Origin: a virus
IMG/VR virus record: IMGVR_UViG_3300034021_001440
Coordinates: 32,001 to 96,000 of that record
DNA: 64,000 nt
Reading direction: 5' to 3' (one strand)
Numbering within the stretch: position 1 is the stretch's first letter; each line of letters starts with the position of its first letter. A program made the position numbers and the translations under genes. The notes under the pieces are model-generated. The model saw only the letters and a program-made list of their open reading frames with translations. It ran no database searches and had not been told where the DNA came from. Shown here piece by piece: positions 39,883-50,400 of the stretch.

Positions 39883-39890
39883 GGGTAAAA
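39883..39890 (+). promoter_or_regulatory. GGGTAAAA box
   Basis: 33 nt before ATG 39916. Confidence 0.7.
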
Positions 39891-39915
39891 GTGTTTATCT
39901 AGACGTTTGCCAGCA

Positions 39916-42900
39916 ATGGGATTGCCGACGCCCCCCTTTAATCCAAACACCCCAATCCCAAACAATCCCTTCCAGAGCCCTCAAACATACACTGTCAATG
40001 GTCTAAGTGGCCCCACGATTGTTGGTGATGGTCTATATGTTGACTATGCCAATCTATCAATCAATTCCTCCGGCTCCCTAATCACTGGCATCATTGCCGG
40101 TTTGGGCATCAGTGTTTCAAGCACGGTTGGCAATATCACAGTCAGCAACACTGGTGTTCTCAGCCTGAACGCTGGACCTGGTATCAGCATTTCCGGGTCT
40201 ACAGGAAACATCACAATTAGTTCCACAGGTAGCGGCAGCGGCACGGTCACTAGCATCACTGCGAGTACAGGACTTACTGGTGGAACCATTACCACAAGTG
40301 GGACTATAGCACTGGCAAACACTACGGTGAACGCTGGCAGCTACACTTTTGCTTCGTTTACGGTAGATCCGCAAGGTCGTCTAACCGCAGCAAGCAATGG
40401 TTCCGTACCCACTGCAACTCCTACGACCTTAGGGTTGACTTTTGCAGGACCTGGTGACCTTATTACAGGTAATAGCTCTACCGGATATTGCGCTCTAAGT
40501 TCAATACCATCAGTAACAATTTCAGAACGCAACACAGCGTTAGGTGTGCTGGCTCTCAGACTTCTCACCAATGCCGTGGATAACACAGCAGTTGGTTACT
40601 CGGCTCTTAACTCGAACCTCATAGGGAGTTACAACACCGTTATTGGTTCCAATGCTGGTTTTAGCGTAACTGGATCAAAAAACGTTGTTATCGGTGCCTA
40701 CGTCAATCCTGCGAACGTCGCAGGGAACTGTCAACTTGCTATTGGACCTTCTGGTGGTTTCTGTTGGCTCACAGGTAACAGCACTCTAGCTATTAAACCA
40801 GGCGCCGGAATCATTGACTGCGCCGGTTCCTGCGGAACCGCTGGTCAGGTTCTGATGAGCAACGGCTCGAACGCCATTTGCTGGGGGACTGTGGCTGCAG
40901 GCAGCGGCATTCCTTGTGCTTGCATCACAGCCAAAGGCGCTCTTGTCACAGGCACCGCTGCCTCAACTCCGGTTGGTCTTACCGTTGGAACCGACGGTCA
41001 AGTTCTGACAGCCTGTGCAGCTTGCACGACAGGTTTGACTTGGGCTGCCGGTGGTGGCGGTGGAAGTGGCACAGTGACCGACATCACTGCTGGCACCGGA
41101 CTTACGGGCGGCACAATCACAACGTCTGGAACCGTCGCTCTTGACACCGCCTGCGTTATTCCGCCTACGGCTTTCACACAGAAAGGCGAAATGCTAATTG
41201 GTACAGGAGCTGGTACGTATACTGTGGTGGCCCCGGGAACACCCGGTCAGTACCTTACTTACACCAGTCCAAAAGTCGGTTGCAATGCCATATGGACGGA
41301 CCCGGTGGGGGTTGCAACACCTGGTGATCTTGGTTTGGGTTACGGTTTCTACGACACCTCCACCTCTCCCAATAGCATGGCCGCAGGGCAAGGTTCCTTA
41401 GGCAACCTTATTGGAGGAGATAGTAATACGGCCCTGGGTTTTCAAGCTCTTGTAAACTTAAGCACCGGGTCTCGAAATATTGGTCTTGGGTTCTGTGCCG
41501 GAAGTGGCCTAACTACTGAGACAGACAACGTCTTAATTGGATCTTCAGCAGGTAACTTTGACACTCTCACTCAAACAGTAGCTATCGGCTCTTATGCGGG
41601 AACAAAAGCAACAAATAGCGTCTTCATCGGTTACTGTGCGATTCAGTTCGGTCTCAGAAGCTGCAATTCCGTCGTAATCGGCGCCAATGCACTAAACGAC
41701 AACGCATACACAGGTTGTCAGCTTGTTGCTATCGGACCTAACGTTTCTATACCTGCTTTCAACACCAGCTGCCAACTTGCTATTGGTTTCTCTGCCACTG
41801 ACAATTGGCTCACCGGTGACCCCACCAAAGCCATCAAACCCGGTGCTGGTATTATCGACTGTGCCGGTTCCTGCGGAACCGCTGGTCAGGTTCTCTCTTC
41901 AACGGGAACGAACAATATCCTGTGGGCTTCTGGCGCTGCTGCTGCTGCTGCAACTCCGAATAGTTTGGGCACTATTTACGGATGTACTACTACCACATCC
42001 AACTCTTTTCTCGGGTACCGTGCTGGAACCTCTCAAACCGACAACTGCCGAGCTACCTTGGTGGGGAGAGATGCTGGATTCCTTTTAACGACGGGTGACG
42101 GTAACACCGGTGTAGGTAGCACCGCATTGTGTAGCGTAGTGACGGGTTGCTTTAACACCGCCGTCGGTGACAGAGCAATGCAACGTGCCGGATCGGTAGC
42201 TCAAGCAAATACCGCGCTCGGAGTAGTTGCTCTTGAGGATGTTACAGGTGCTTATAACGTAGCTCTGGGTGTTGAGGCTGGTCTCCAGCTCCTTGCTGGA
42301 AACTGCAACGTGTTTTTAGGTGCCGTTGCCGCCCGAGACAATACATCGGGTAACAGAAATGTTGTTATTGGCCCAAATACCACCACCTCTACCTTAACGG
42401 TTAGCTGCGAGCTTGTTATCGGGTATAACGCAGGTCAAAACTGGTTGACGGGTGATAGCACCAAAGCCATCAAACCCGGTGCTGGTATTATCGACTGTAC
42501 AGGTTCCTGTGGTACTGCGGGTCAAGCTTTGCTGAGTGACGGTGCTAACGCAGTTTGCTGGGGATCCGTAAGTGCTGCTAAAGCCTGCCCGACGACACTC
42601 GGAACGGTGTATGGATACGTGGGCACAAACGTTAAAACCGATGCCAGCATAGGTATCGGCCTATGTTCCATGGTGTCGTCCACTCCAACGAACACCCCAA
42701 CCAACGCAGCATTGGGTTTTGGCACTCTTTGTTCTCTGACTACCGGCGGCGGTAACGTCGCAATGGGTTGGCGCGCTCTCGTTACGATGACGACTGGTAG
42801 TGGAAACACTGTGGTCGGTGCTCAGGCTGGTACCGCAGCGAGCGGGACTGAAAACGCGTTTGTAGGGAGTCAGTCAGGGTGTCAGGTAGCGGGCAACCAA

Positions 42901-43626
42901 AACTCATTTTTTGGAATATGCTCAGGAGCCACTCAAGTCAGCGGCGACAGCAACGTGGCAATCGGTTTTCGCACCGCACTGGCTAGCACCACCGGAAGCT
43001 GCCAACTTGCCATCGGTTTCTCTGACACTGAGAATTGGCTGACTGGTGACAGCACCAAGGCCATTAAACCCGGCGCTGGAATCATTGACAGCACTAACGT
43101 GTGTGGCACGGCAAACCAAGTTCTGGTCTCCACAGGCGCCAACGCAATTCAATGGAAATCAGTCAACTCGGCACTGGCCGTGCCGAACTACGGTTCATTC
43201 AACAGTACAACCACGCAGACTGTCGGTACCATCAACGTCGGACAACCTATTACACTCAGCACAGTCTCAGCCACTGGCTTCTCAATCGTTGGAGGAAGCC
43301 AAATCACAGCAGCCTCAGCTGGCACATACAACATCCAAATCTCCCTTCAAATAATCTCCACGAGTGGTGGTGGTGGCCTCGTCGAAGTCTGGTTTGTTAA
43401 AAATGGCACGGCTATCACTAACTCAAACACTCGTTACTCGGTCAAAAACGCCAACGAGGAGGAAGTGGCCGCACTCAACCTCGTCGAGACTCTCACTGCT
43501 GGTCAAAACATTCAAGTCTACTGGGCCAGCGACAACGTCAATATGACCTTGGCAACACTTACAAGCACCATGGGTGGCCCCGCCATTCCGTCAGCCATTG
43601 TGACTGTCGTTCCGGTTGGAGCCTAA
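39916..43626 (+). CDS. Cys-rich tail fibre with four repeated modules and C1q/BclA-like C-terminus
   Basis: Four copies of WLTGxxTxAIKPGAGIID; C-terminus paralogous to the 5168 fibre. Confidence 0.85.
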   Translation: MGLPTPPFNPNTPIPNNPFQSPQTYTVNGLSGPTIVGDGLYVDYANLSINSSGSLITGIIAGLGISVSSTVGNITVSNTGVLSLNAGPGISISGSTGNITISSTGSGSGTVTSITASTGLTGGTITTSGTIALANTTVNAGSYTFASFTVDPQGRLTAASNGSVPTATPTTLGLTFAGPGDLITGNSSTGYCALSSIPSVTISERNTALGVLALRLLTNAVDNTAVGYSALNSNLIGSYNTVIGSNAGFSVTGSKNVVIGAYVNPANVAGNCQLAIGPSGGFCWLTGNSTLAIKPGAGIIDCAGSCGTAGQVLMSNGSNAICWGTVAAGSGIPCACITAKGALVTGTAASTPVGLTVGTDGQVLTACAACTTGLTWAAGGGGGSGTVTDITAGTGLTGGTITTSGTVALDTACVIPPTAFTQKGEMLIGTGAGTYTVVAPGTPGQYLTYTSPKVGCNAIWTDPVGVATPGDLGLGYGFYDTSTSPNSMAAGQGSLGNLIGGDSNTALGFQALVNLSTGSRNIGLGFCAGSGLTTETDNVLIGSSAGNFDTLTQTVAIGSYAGTKATNSVFIGYCAIQFGLRSCNSVVIGANALNDNAYTGCQLVAIGPNVSIPAFNTSCQLAIGFSATDNWLTGDPTKAIKPGAGIIDCAGSCGTAGQVLSSTGTNNILWASGAAAAAATPNSLGTIYGCTTTTSNSFLGYRAGTSQTDNCRATLVGRDAGFLLTTGDGNTGVGSTALCSVVTGCFNTAVGDRAMQRAGSVAQANTALGVVALEDVTGAYNVALGVEAGLQLLAGNCNVFLGAVAARDNTSGNRNVVIGPNTTTSTLTVSCELVIGYNAGQNWLTGDSTKAIKPGAGIIDCTGSCGTAGQALLSDGANAVCWGSVSAAKACPTTLGTVYGYVGTNVKTDASIGIGLCSMVSSTPTNTPTNAALGFGTLCSLTTGGGNVAMGWRALVTMTTGSGNTVVGAQAGTAASGTENAFVGSQSGCQVAGNQNSFFGICSGATQVSGDSNVAIGFRTALASTTGSCQLAIGFSDTENWLTGDSTKAIKPGAGIIDSTNVCGTANQVLVSTGANAIQWKSVNSALAVPNYGSFNSTTTQTVGTINVGQPITLSTVSATGFSIVGGSQITAASAGTYNIQISLQIISTSGGGGLVEVWFVKNGTAITNSNTRYSVKNANEEEVAALNLVETLTAGQNIQVYWASDNVNMTLATLTSTMGGPAIPSAIVTVVPVGA
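40726..43130 (+). repeat. four dispersed ~130-nt coding repeats (approx. 40726, 41767, 42404, 42997)
   Basis: gccggttcctgcggaaccgctggtcaggttct identical in copies 1 and 2; accaaagccatcaaacccggtgctggtattatcgactgt identical in copies 2 and 3. Confidence 0.8.
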
Positions 43627-43627
43627 C

Positions 43628-43635
43628 GGGTAAAA
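43628..43635 (+). promoter_or_regulatory. GGGTAAAA box
   Basis: 34 nt before ATG 43662. Confidence 0.7.
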
Positions 43636-43661
43636 CCAACTAACAGAACTTTCCAGTAGCG

Positions 43662-45098
43662 ATGACGGTAACCAGTGTACTTACGGGGGTGGGGCTCACA
43701 GGTGGTCCGATTACATCAACCGGCACCATCAGTTTGCTTCCCCCTGTTGGAGGAAACATCGGCGGCGTAAAACCAGGCGCAAACGTTATTATCGCCTCAG
43801 ACGGCACAATCAGCGTTGCCCCTCCCAACCCTGGCACCATCACTGGCGTCTCGGTTGGCGGGGGCTTGGTTGGCGGGGGCACCACTGGCACCGTGACCGT
43901 GGCGGTGAACTTTGCCTCTCCCGCTGAAGTTGCCGCAGGCATTGTCAACTATAAGGCAATCGCCCCGAGCTCCCTGTCTGCGAAGCAAGGCAGCCTCACC
44001 GAGTCAGGCTTCGTCCAGCTTTCAGACGCTTATGCCTCTGTCGACTCCACTCGGGCGGCAACACCCACCGGCGTCAAGGCAGTCTATGACATTGCCACGG
44101 CGGCACTGCCGAAGTCCGGCGGCACGATGACTGGTGTCATCAACTTTGCTGCTGGGCAAACTTTCCCTGGCACGGCTTTCCCGATTGCCACCCCGTTGTC
44201 TCTGGGTGTTATCAAAGTTGGCTCTGGCTTGAGTGTCAACGGCTCGGGTCTGGTCACCACCGTCAACAATGGCACCGTGACTGCCATCACCCCTGGCCCT
44301 GGCCTGGGTGCTCCGGCAACCGGCAACGTGATCACCAATACCGGCACCATTCGCCTGCTGCCCCCGACCACTGACGGTCTCACCCTGGGCGGTGTGAAAG
44401 CGGGTGACAACATCAACATTGCCAACGACGGCACCATCAGCGCAGAAGGGTTCCTTCTCACGAACAACCCGTATGCCTATAACAGCTACATCTTCCCGCC
44501 TCCTGCGGTTCCTTCGGCTGCTCCTGGCCTCAACGGTTCTTTCTTGCGTTTGAAAAATCGCGTCACTGGTGAAGTGGAGTGGGCAACGAACAATGGCATC
44601 ACTTCGATCACAGCAGGCACGGGTCTGACCGGAGGCACAATCACCTCCACAGGGACAATCGGTCTGGCAACCACAACCGTGATTCCTGGCACGTATGGCG
44701 CCACCGGGCTGATCTCCACTTTCACCGTGGATTCCCTGGGTCGCGTCGTTGATGCTGGTGAGGCCAATCCTTATGCCCCGTTCCAAATTGCGACGCAAAG
44801 TGCTCCTCCCAACCTTGTGCTGGACTTTGCAGACAACAACCTGAACTGGACCTGGACGATGCTTGCCAACACGGTGATGCAAGCTCCGCAAAATGCCCAG
44901 AGTGGTCAGCGTGGAAGCATTTTGATCATTCAGAATCCCACCGTGCCCAAGGTGCTCACCTGGCAGGCCAACTGGAAATGGGCCAATGCAACTCCCGTGA
45001 TGATCACTGCGGTGGCAAGTGCTCGTGATATGTTTGAGTTTGTTGTGATTGACTCAACGAACATTCTTATCACTAACGTCATCAAAAACTACGGCTGA
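43662..45098 (+). CDS. tail fibre protein (Cys-free)
   Basis: LGGVK.G.N..I..DGTIS repeats, ALPKSGGTMTG. Confidence 0.8.
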   Translation: MTVTSVLTGVGLTGGPITSTGTISLLPPVGGNIGGVKPGANVIIASDGTISVAPPNPGTITGVSVGGGLVGGGTTGTVTVAVNFASPAEVAAGIVNYKAIAPSSLSAKQGSLTESGFVQLSDAYASVDSTRAATPTGVKAVYDIATAALPKSGGTMTGVINFAAGQTFPGTAFPIATPLSLGVIKVGSGLSVNGSGLVTTVNNGTVTAITPGPGLGAPATGNVITNTGTIRLLPPTTDGLTLGGVKAGDNINIANDGTISAEGFLLTNNPYAYNSYIFPPPAVPSAAPGLNGSFLRLKNRVTGEVEWATNNGITSITAGTGLTGGTITSTGTIGLATTTVIPGTYGATGLISTFTVDSLGRVVDAGEANPYAPFQIATQSAPPNLVLDFADNNLNWTWTMLANTVMQAPQNAQSGQRGSILIIQNPTVPKVLTWQANWKWANATPVMITAVASARDMFEFVVIDSTNILITNVIKNYG

Positions 45099-45126
45099 TT
45101 TACTCTCCCTCCCACTCCGCTAAACT
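45099..45126 (+). promoter_or_regulatory. sigma70-like promoter TTTACT-N16-TAAACT
   Basis: Same hexamers and spacing as at 59339. Confidence 0.6.
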
Positions 45127-45160
45127 GATAGCGGTATACCACCCCAACCTTTACCTACCA

Positions 45161-46093
45161 ATGGCAGATAAAAAATACTGCATCTTCCAAATTCAAGGCG
45201 GACTTGGAAAGCACGTTGCAGCGACGGCAGTCGCCCAAGTCATCAAGAAGGCTCACCCGGATCGCGAACTGATTGTCGTATGCGCCTGGCCTGAACTCTG
45301 GACGAGTCTCCCATTTGTTTATCGCGTATTTCCTCTGGGAAATACTCAGTATTTTTACGAAGAATATGTGGAAGGCAAGGACTCCCTGATCTTTGCCCAG
45401 GAGCCATACTTCACCACCACCCACATTAACAAGACTCATCGCCTGGTTGAAACCTGGTGCATGATCTATGGTCTGAAGTATGACGGTGAGCAACCGGTTC
45501 TGAAAATCAACCCCGAGCAGCGCAAGACCATTCGCAACTTCTATGAACCGAAGTTCGAAGGCAAGCCGCTGATGCTCATCCATACGAACGGCGGTCTGTT
45601 TCAGAACGAGCGTCCCTTCTGCTGGAGTCGGGATATGCCCATCGAAGTGGCACAAAAAGTCTTCAACCACTTCAAGAAAAGTCACACCGTGATGCAAATC
45701 ACCCGCCCTGCTTCGCCGCAGATTGAGGGTGCTTTCATTCGCAACGAGCCTCTCTCCAACACGGAACTGGCTGGTTTGGTGGAGTTTTCTGACAAGCGCC
45801 TCCTGATTGACTCTTCGCTTCAGCACATGGCTGCTGCGTTCGGGCTGCCTTCCACCGTGCTCTGGAATGCCACTTCGTCTGTGATCTTTGGTCACGCGAT
45901 GCACGACAACATTCAAGCCAAAGAAAAGCCGCAGAAGTCTCTGCCTGGAAGCTATCTCTTTGACTATCAGTTTGATGCCAACGAGAATGAGTTTCCGTAT
46001 GAGGACGACGACCTCAAAAATCTCTACGACCTTGACCGCATCATTGCGTCGCTGGAAAAGCAAACCAATGAGGTGAAGAAGGGTTTCGCATGA
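45161..46093 (+). CDS. GT-B glycosyltransferase, GT9/heptosyltransferase-like
   Basis: GGLGKHVAATAV..IKKAHPD..IVV and LLIDSSLQHMAAAFGLPSTVLW match GT9-type GLGD and DSG..H.AAA...P motifs. Confidence 0.75.
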   Translation: MADKKYCIFQIQGGLGKHVAATAVAQVIKKAHPDRELIVVCAWPELWTSLPFVYRVFPLGNTQYFYEEYVEGKDSLIFAQEPYFTTTHINKTHRLVETWCMIYGLKYDGEQPVLKINPEQRKTIRNFYEPKFEGKPLMLIHTNGGLFQNERPFCWSRDMPIEVAQKVFNHFKKSHTVMQITRPASPQIEGAFIRNEPLSNTELAGLVEFSDKRLLIDSSLQHMAAAFGLPSTVLWNATSSVIFGHAMHDNIQAKEKPQKSLPGSYLFDYQFDANENEFPYEDDDLKNLYDLDRIIASLEKQTNEVKKGFA

Positions 46094-46884
46094 ACCGCTT
46101 CGTGTTTCTTGCTGGGCTGCCTCGCACAGGTTCCACTGTGCTTGGCGCCCTTTTGAATCAGCACCCGTTTCTGTATCCAACGGAGACGTCGATGGTTCAC
46201 CGCCACATTCACGAAGTTTCAAACTTTTTTGTAGGAGAGTATCCTCTCTACGACACGAACGACCCCAACTCACCCCTGTGGGGAATCGTGAGAGGTATTC
46301 TGCAAGGGGCGTATGAACACGTCAAGGGGAAAGTAGTCATTGAGAAAAGCAGGGGGTGGTCGTGGGAAATCGACATCCTGAGAAAGGCTTTGGGGGAGCC
46401 ACCCAAGTTCGTCGCCACTGTGCGGTCCATTCCCGAAATTATCTCTTCTTTCATCCTCCTGGCCAATAAAATTGGCGATGACTCAAAGATTCATACACAG
46501 TTGAGGGAGACAGGTTATCCCATAACCACCTGGAACCTGTCGCACTTCATCTGGGAAAAGTACATCGATGCTGACTGGCAAGGTTTCCGTCAAGCATACG
46601 AAACAAACACTGACTTGTTTCACCTGATTGAGTACGACGACCTTGTGCAAAAACCTGAGGAAGTTCTCAATAATTTTTATTCTTTTATTGAGGTGCCTCC
46701 CATTAAAGTTCACACGGACTCCCTTGTGCGCGGTGCCGTCGAAAATGACGATGCCTTTGGGTTGCCAGGACTGCACGACATCCGCTCAGACTTGTCTCGC
46801 ACTTCTCCCCCCGCACTTGAAGTTCTCGGAGAAGAGTGCTACAACTTTTGGGAGGCTCAGCGCCTGGAATTTTGGCGAGGGTAA
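46090..46884 (+). CDS. PAPS-dependent sulfotransferase family protein
   Basis: GLPRTGST..LLNQHP, VRSIPEIISS, IEYDDLVQKPEE. Confidence 0.85.
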   Translation: MNRFVFLAGLPRTGSTVLGALLNQHPFLYPTETSMVHRHIHEVSNFFVGEYPLYDTNDPNSPLWGIVRGILQGAYEHVKGKVVIEKSRGWSWEIDILRKALGEPPKFVATVRSIPEIISSFILLANKIGDDSKIHTQLRETGYPITTWNLSHFIWEKYIDADWQGFRQAYETNTDLFHLIEYDDLVQKPEEVLNNFYSFIEVPPIKVHTDSLVRGAVENDDAFGLPGLHDIRSDLSRTSPPALEVLGEECYNFWEAQRLEFWRG

Positions 46885-46886
46885 AA
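46879..46886 (+). promoter_or_regulatory. GGGTAAAA box
   Basis: Gly-stop overlap; 30 nt before ATG 46909. Confidence 0.7.
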
Positions 46887-46908
46887 TCTAAAAAAGATTG
46901 TCACATCA

Positions 46909-47403
46909 ATGGCTGCGCTCAATTTCCCAACCTCACCAACACCGGGTCAGCTGTATCCAAGTCCAGCAATCTCTGGTGTGTCGCAATACCAGTGGGACAA
47001 CACTGCTGGTGTGTGGAACACCGTTGCCACTTTCGTGAAGCTCAATAATCAAAGTGCGTACAACAGTTATGTTTGGCCAGTCGCAGACGGTCTGGCTGGG
47101 CAGCAACTGGAAACGGACGGTTCCGGGAATCTGTACTGGGATGCCGCTTCGAATCCGACCTTCTTCTATCTGCAACTGGACAGTTCAGTTCCGTTCGACG
47201 GAATTCAAACAATTTTCACCCTCATCGATCCTGCCACACTCAACGCCTACTCCCCGACGCCAAACTCCAACATCGAGGTTTTCCTCGGCGGTGTTCCTCA
47301 GCAGTTTGGCACAGCCTACACCGTGGCTGGTTCGACAATTACCTTCACCAACCCGCCCATCGCAGGCACTTCGTTCTTTGCGACAACCGTCATTCAAGGG
47401 TAA
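46909..47403 (+). CDS. short fibre/adaptor protein
   Basis: NFPTSPTPGQLY N-terminus; FDG....F.L..VFLGGVPQ repeat as in the 23365 protein. Confidence 0.7.
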   Translation: MAALNFPTSPTPGQLYPSPAISGVSQYQWDNTAGVWNTVATFVKLNNQSAYNSYVWPVADGLAGQQLETDGSGNLYWDAASNPTFFYLQLDSSVPFDGIQTIFTLIDPATLNAYSPTPNSNIEVFLGGVPQQFGTAYTVAGSTITFTNPPIAGTSFFATTVIQG

Positions 47404-47405
47404 AA
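47398..47405 (+). promoter_or_regulatory. GGGTAAAA box
   Basis: Gly-stop overlap; 36 nt before ATG 47434. Confidence 0.7.
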
Positions 47406-47433
47406 GCAGTCAAGTGTAACTGACGAATTAACT

Positions 47434-50400
47434 ATGGCGTTAACTCGCGCTCAACTACTGATGGGAAATTGCGCACAGGGATGCGTACTTCCTGGTCAGG
47501 TTCAAGGCGTAAAACAAGGCGCTGGTGTTTGTATCGCTAACGACGGTACAATCTCTTTCTTTGCTGGAACTTCCACAGGCGTAGTCAAAACCAATAATCC
47601 TACGGCTTTCAATAGCTACATCTGGCCCAATGCCGACGGCATCGCTGGCTCTCAGCTGACGACTGACGGCCTGGGCAACCTCGCCTGGGGTCCTGCTCCG
47701 GGCGACCTCTTCATCAAACTGCAACCGACTTCCACCCAGACTGGCGCGTTTGCGAACATCACCGGTCAGGCTGGCTGCGTGGCGATGACTTTCATCGCGG
47801 CGCCGAATCAGTTTGCGATTCAAACCTGCGACGGTGACGCAAGCCTCTTCGGTGTGACCGCTGGCCGTGGTTCCGGTTGCGTGGCGACCAACACTGCTTT
47901 CGGTGCTTGCAGCCTCTTTACAAATACGACTGGAAACAGCAACACAGCCATCGGCTACAAAACGCTGTGCTCCAACCAGGTCGGCAACTGCAACACTGCA
48001 ATCGGCTTCTGCTCCCTTGTTTCCAACTCGGCAGGATGCCTCAACACTGCGGTCGGCTATCAGAGTCAGACCTTCACTTCGACCGGAAACTGCAACACTT
48101 CGATCGGTTTCTGCTCACTCTACAATAACACCAACGGCGGTTGCAACACTGCCGTCGGTAATGAAACTCTTTATTGCAACACCAGCGGTCTGTGCAACAT
48201 CGCCGTCGGCCCTCGTGCTCTGTACTGCAATGTGAGCGGCTGCTGCAACATTGCTGCTGGCCTGTGCGCTCTGCAAAATAATACCACAGGATGCAGCAAC
48301 CTGGCGATTGGTGCCTTTGCTTCCAACTGCAACACGATTGCCTGCTTCAACTTTGCCATCGGCGACTGTGCCCTGTTCAACAACCAAACGGTTGGTTGCA
48401 ACATGGCGATCGGCTGCAAGGCGATGTTCTGCACGACCATCGGTACTCGCAACCTGGCCATCGGTACTTGCTCGCAGTATAACACCACAACCGGTTGCTA
48501 TAACACGACCCTCGGTCACTGCTCGATTGGACGCGGTGTGAACGCTGGCTGCTGCAACGTGGCTGTTGGCTTCTGCTCTCTGTTTGAAAACACAGCCGGT
48601 CTGTGCAACATTGCCATCGGTCAAGAGACCATGGCCTGCAACACCTCCGGTTGCTGCAACATTGGCGTGGGTGCCTTTGCCCTCCGCTCGAACTCTTCTG
48701 GCTGCTGCAACATCGGTATCGGTTCACAGGCTCTGTGCTGCCTGACCACCGGTAGCTGCAACGTCGGCGTGGGAACTTTTGCCCTCTGCGGCAACACCGC
48801 TGGTCTGTCCAACACTGCTGTTGGCGACAGTGCAATGCAGAATAACAACACCGGTTGCTTCAACGCGGCTGTTGGTTCTGACTCCCTGTGCTGCATTGTG
48901 AGCGGTTGCTATAACACCGCTGCTGGCTCTTGCTCGATGGTCAATACCACGGTTGGAGCTTCCAACGTGGGTGTTGGTTTCCGTGCAATGGAGGCCAATC
49001 AGGACGGTTCTTGCAACGTGGCTGTTGGTCAGTGTGCTCTGGGAGCTTCTTCGACAGCTGACTGCAACGTTGTTCTGGGCTTCGAGGCTGCAGCGGATAA
49101 CTGCGGAAATCGCAACGTTGTGATTGGCCATCAGTCCGGCTTCAACGGTGGTGGCAATCCTTCGGACAACGTCATCGTCGGTGCTCTTGCTGGCTGCAGC
49201 ATGACGACTGCCTGCTGTGTGACCCTCGTCGGTGCGTGCGCTGGACAGACCATTACAAACGGTGACTTCAACACTCACATCGGTGCCCTGGCTGGTTTTG
49301 GAACCAACTACACTGGCGTCTGCAACTCTTCGCTTGGTTTGCGTTCTCTCTGCGCACTGACCACTGGCGCCTGCAACACTGCCGTTGGTGCGGATGCAAT
49401 GTGCTCGGCAACGAGCGGTTGCCTCAACGTGGCAGTGGGTAATCAGAGCCTGCAAAGTTTGGTCTCAGCCTGTGGAAACACTGCACTGGGTCAAACGGCA
49501 ATGCAAAATGCCGTCAGCGGCTGCTTCAACGTTGCCGTCGGTACTTGCTCGCTGATCAACAATGCTTCCGGTTGCTACAACACCGTTGTTGGTGTGGAAG
49601 CTGGCGGTGCTGGCGGTGCAAGTTTCTCTTGCGCTACATTCGTTGGTTTCAACGCTGGCGTTGCGGCCACCACAGCTCAGCTGGCGACGGCGGTTGGTTG
49701 GTGCTCCGCTGCCAACTTGAGCACTGGAAATTGCAACACTGCTGTTGGTGCTTGCAGCATCTTCAACCTGAGCACCGGTTGCTTTAATACAGCGGTTGGG
49801 AACAACGCCGGGGTTAGCCTTACCACGGGTGGGTGCAACACTGCTATTGGTTTCAACGCTCTTTGCAGTGCTGCGAGCACAGACGCAAACACCGCTGTTG
49901 GTTGGTGTTCAGCAGCCTCTCTGACGACCTGGCCAAACACTGCTGTGGGCTTCAGGTCCCTGACCACAATGGCCACGGGACAATACAACACGGCAATTGG
50001 CACCGGGTCTTTGCGTGACTTGGCTTCTGGTGTCAACAACACCGCCGTGGGTGATGGGGCTGGTAAGTGTCTTGCCTCTGGTTCGTGCAACACTCTTATT
50101 GGCTCAAACACCGGGCAGCTTGCTGGTTCGAGCTTCAACAATGCCACTCTCGTAGGTAATGGGGCCGGAGCTAATCTTTCGACAGCGCCTCTGGCAACTG
50201 CTGTTGGTTTCTGTGCTGCTCAAGCTCTTAGTACTGGACTCTACAACACTGCCGTGGGTGGTTGTGCCTTGTTCAGTCTCACATCCGGTAATCTCAACAC
50301 CGCAGTGGGCATGAACGCCGGTAAAAACATGACCACGGGGTGCTACAACACTGCGTTTGGTCAGGGAGCCCTGAGAGACGTAACAACGGCCAACCAGAAC

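Noticed and set aside
45155-46273. 372-aa minus-strand ORF
   Set aside because: Antisense shadow of the glycosyltransferase
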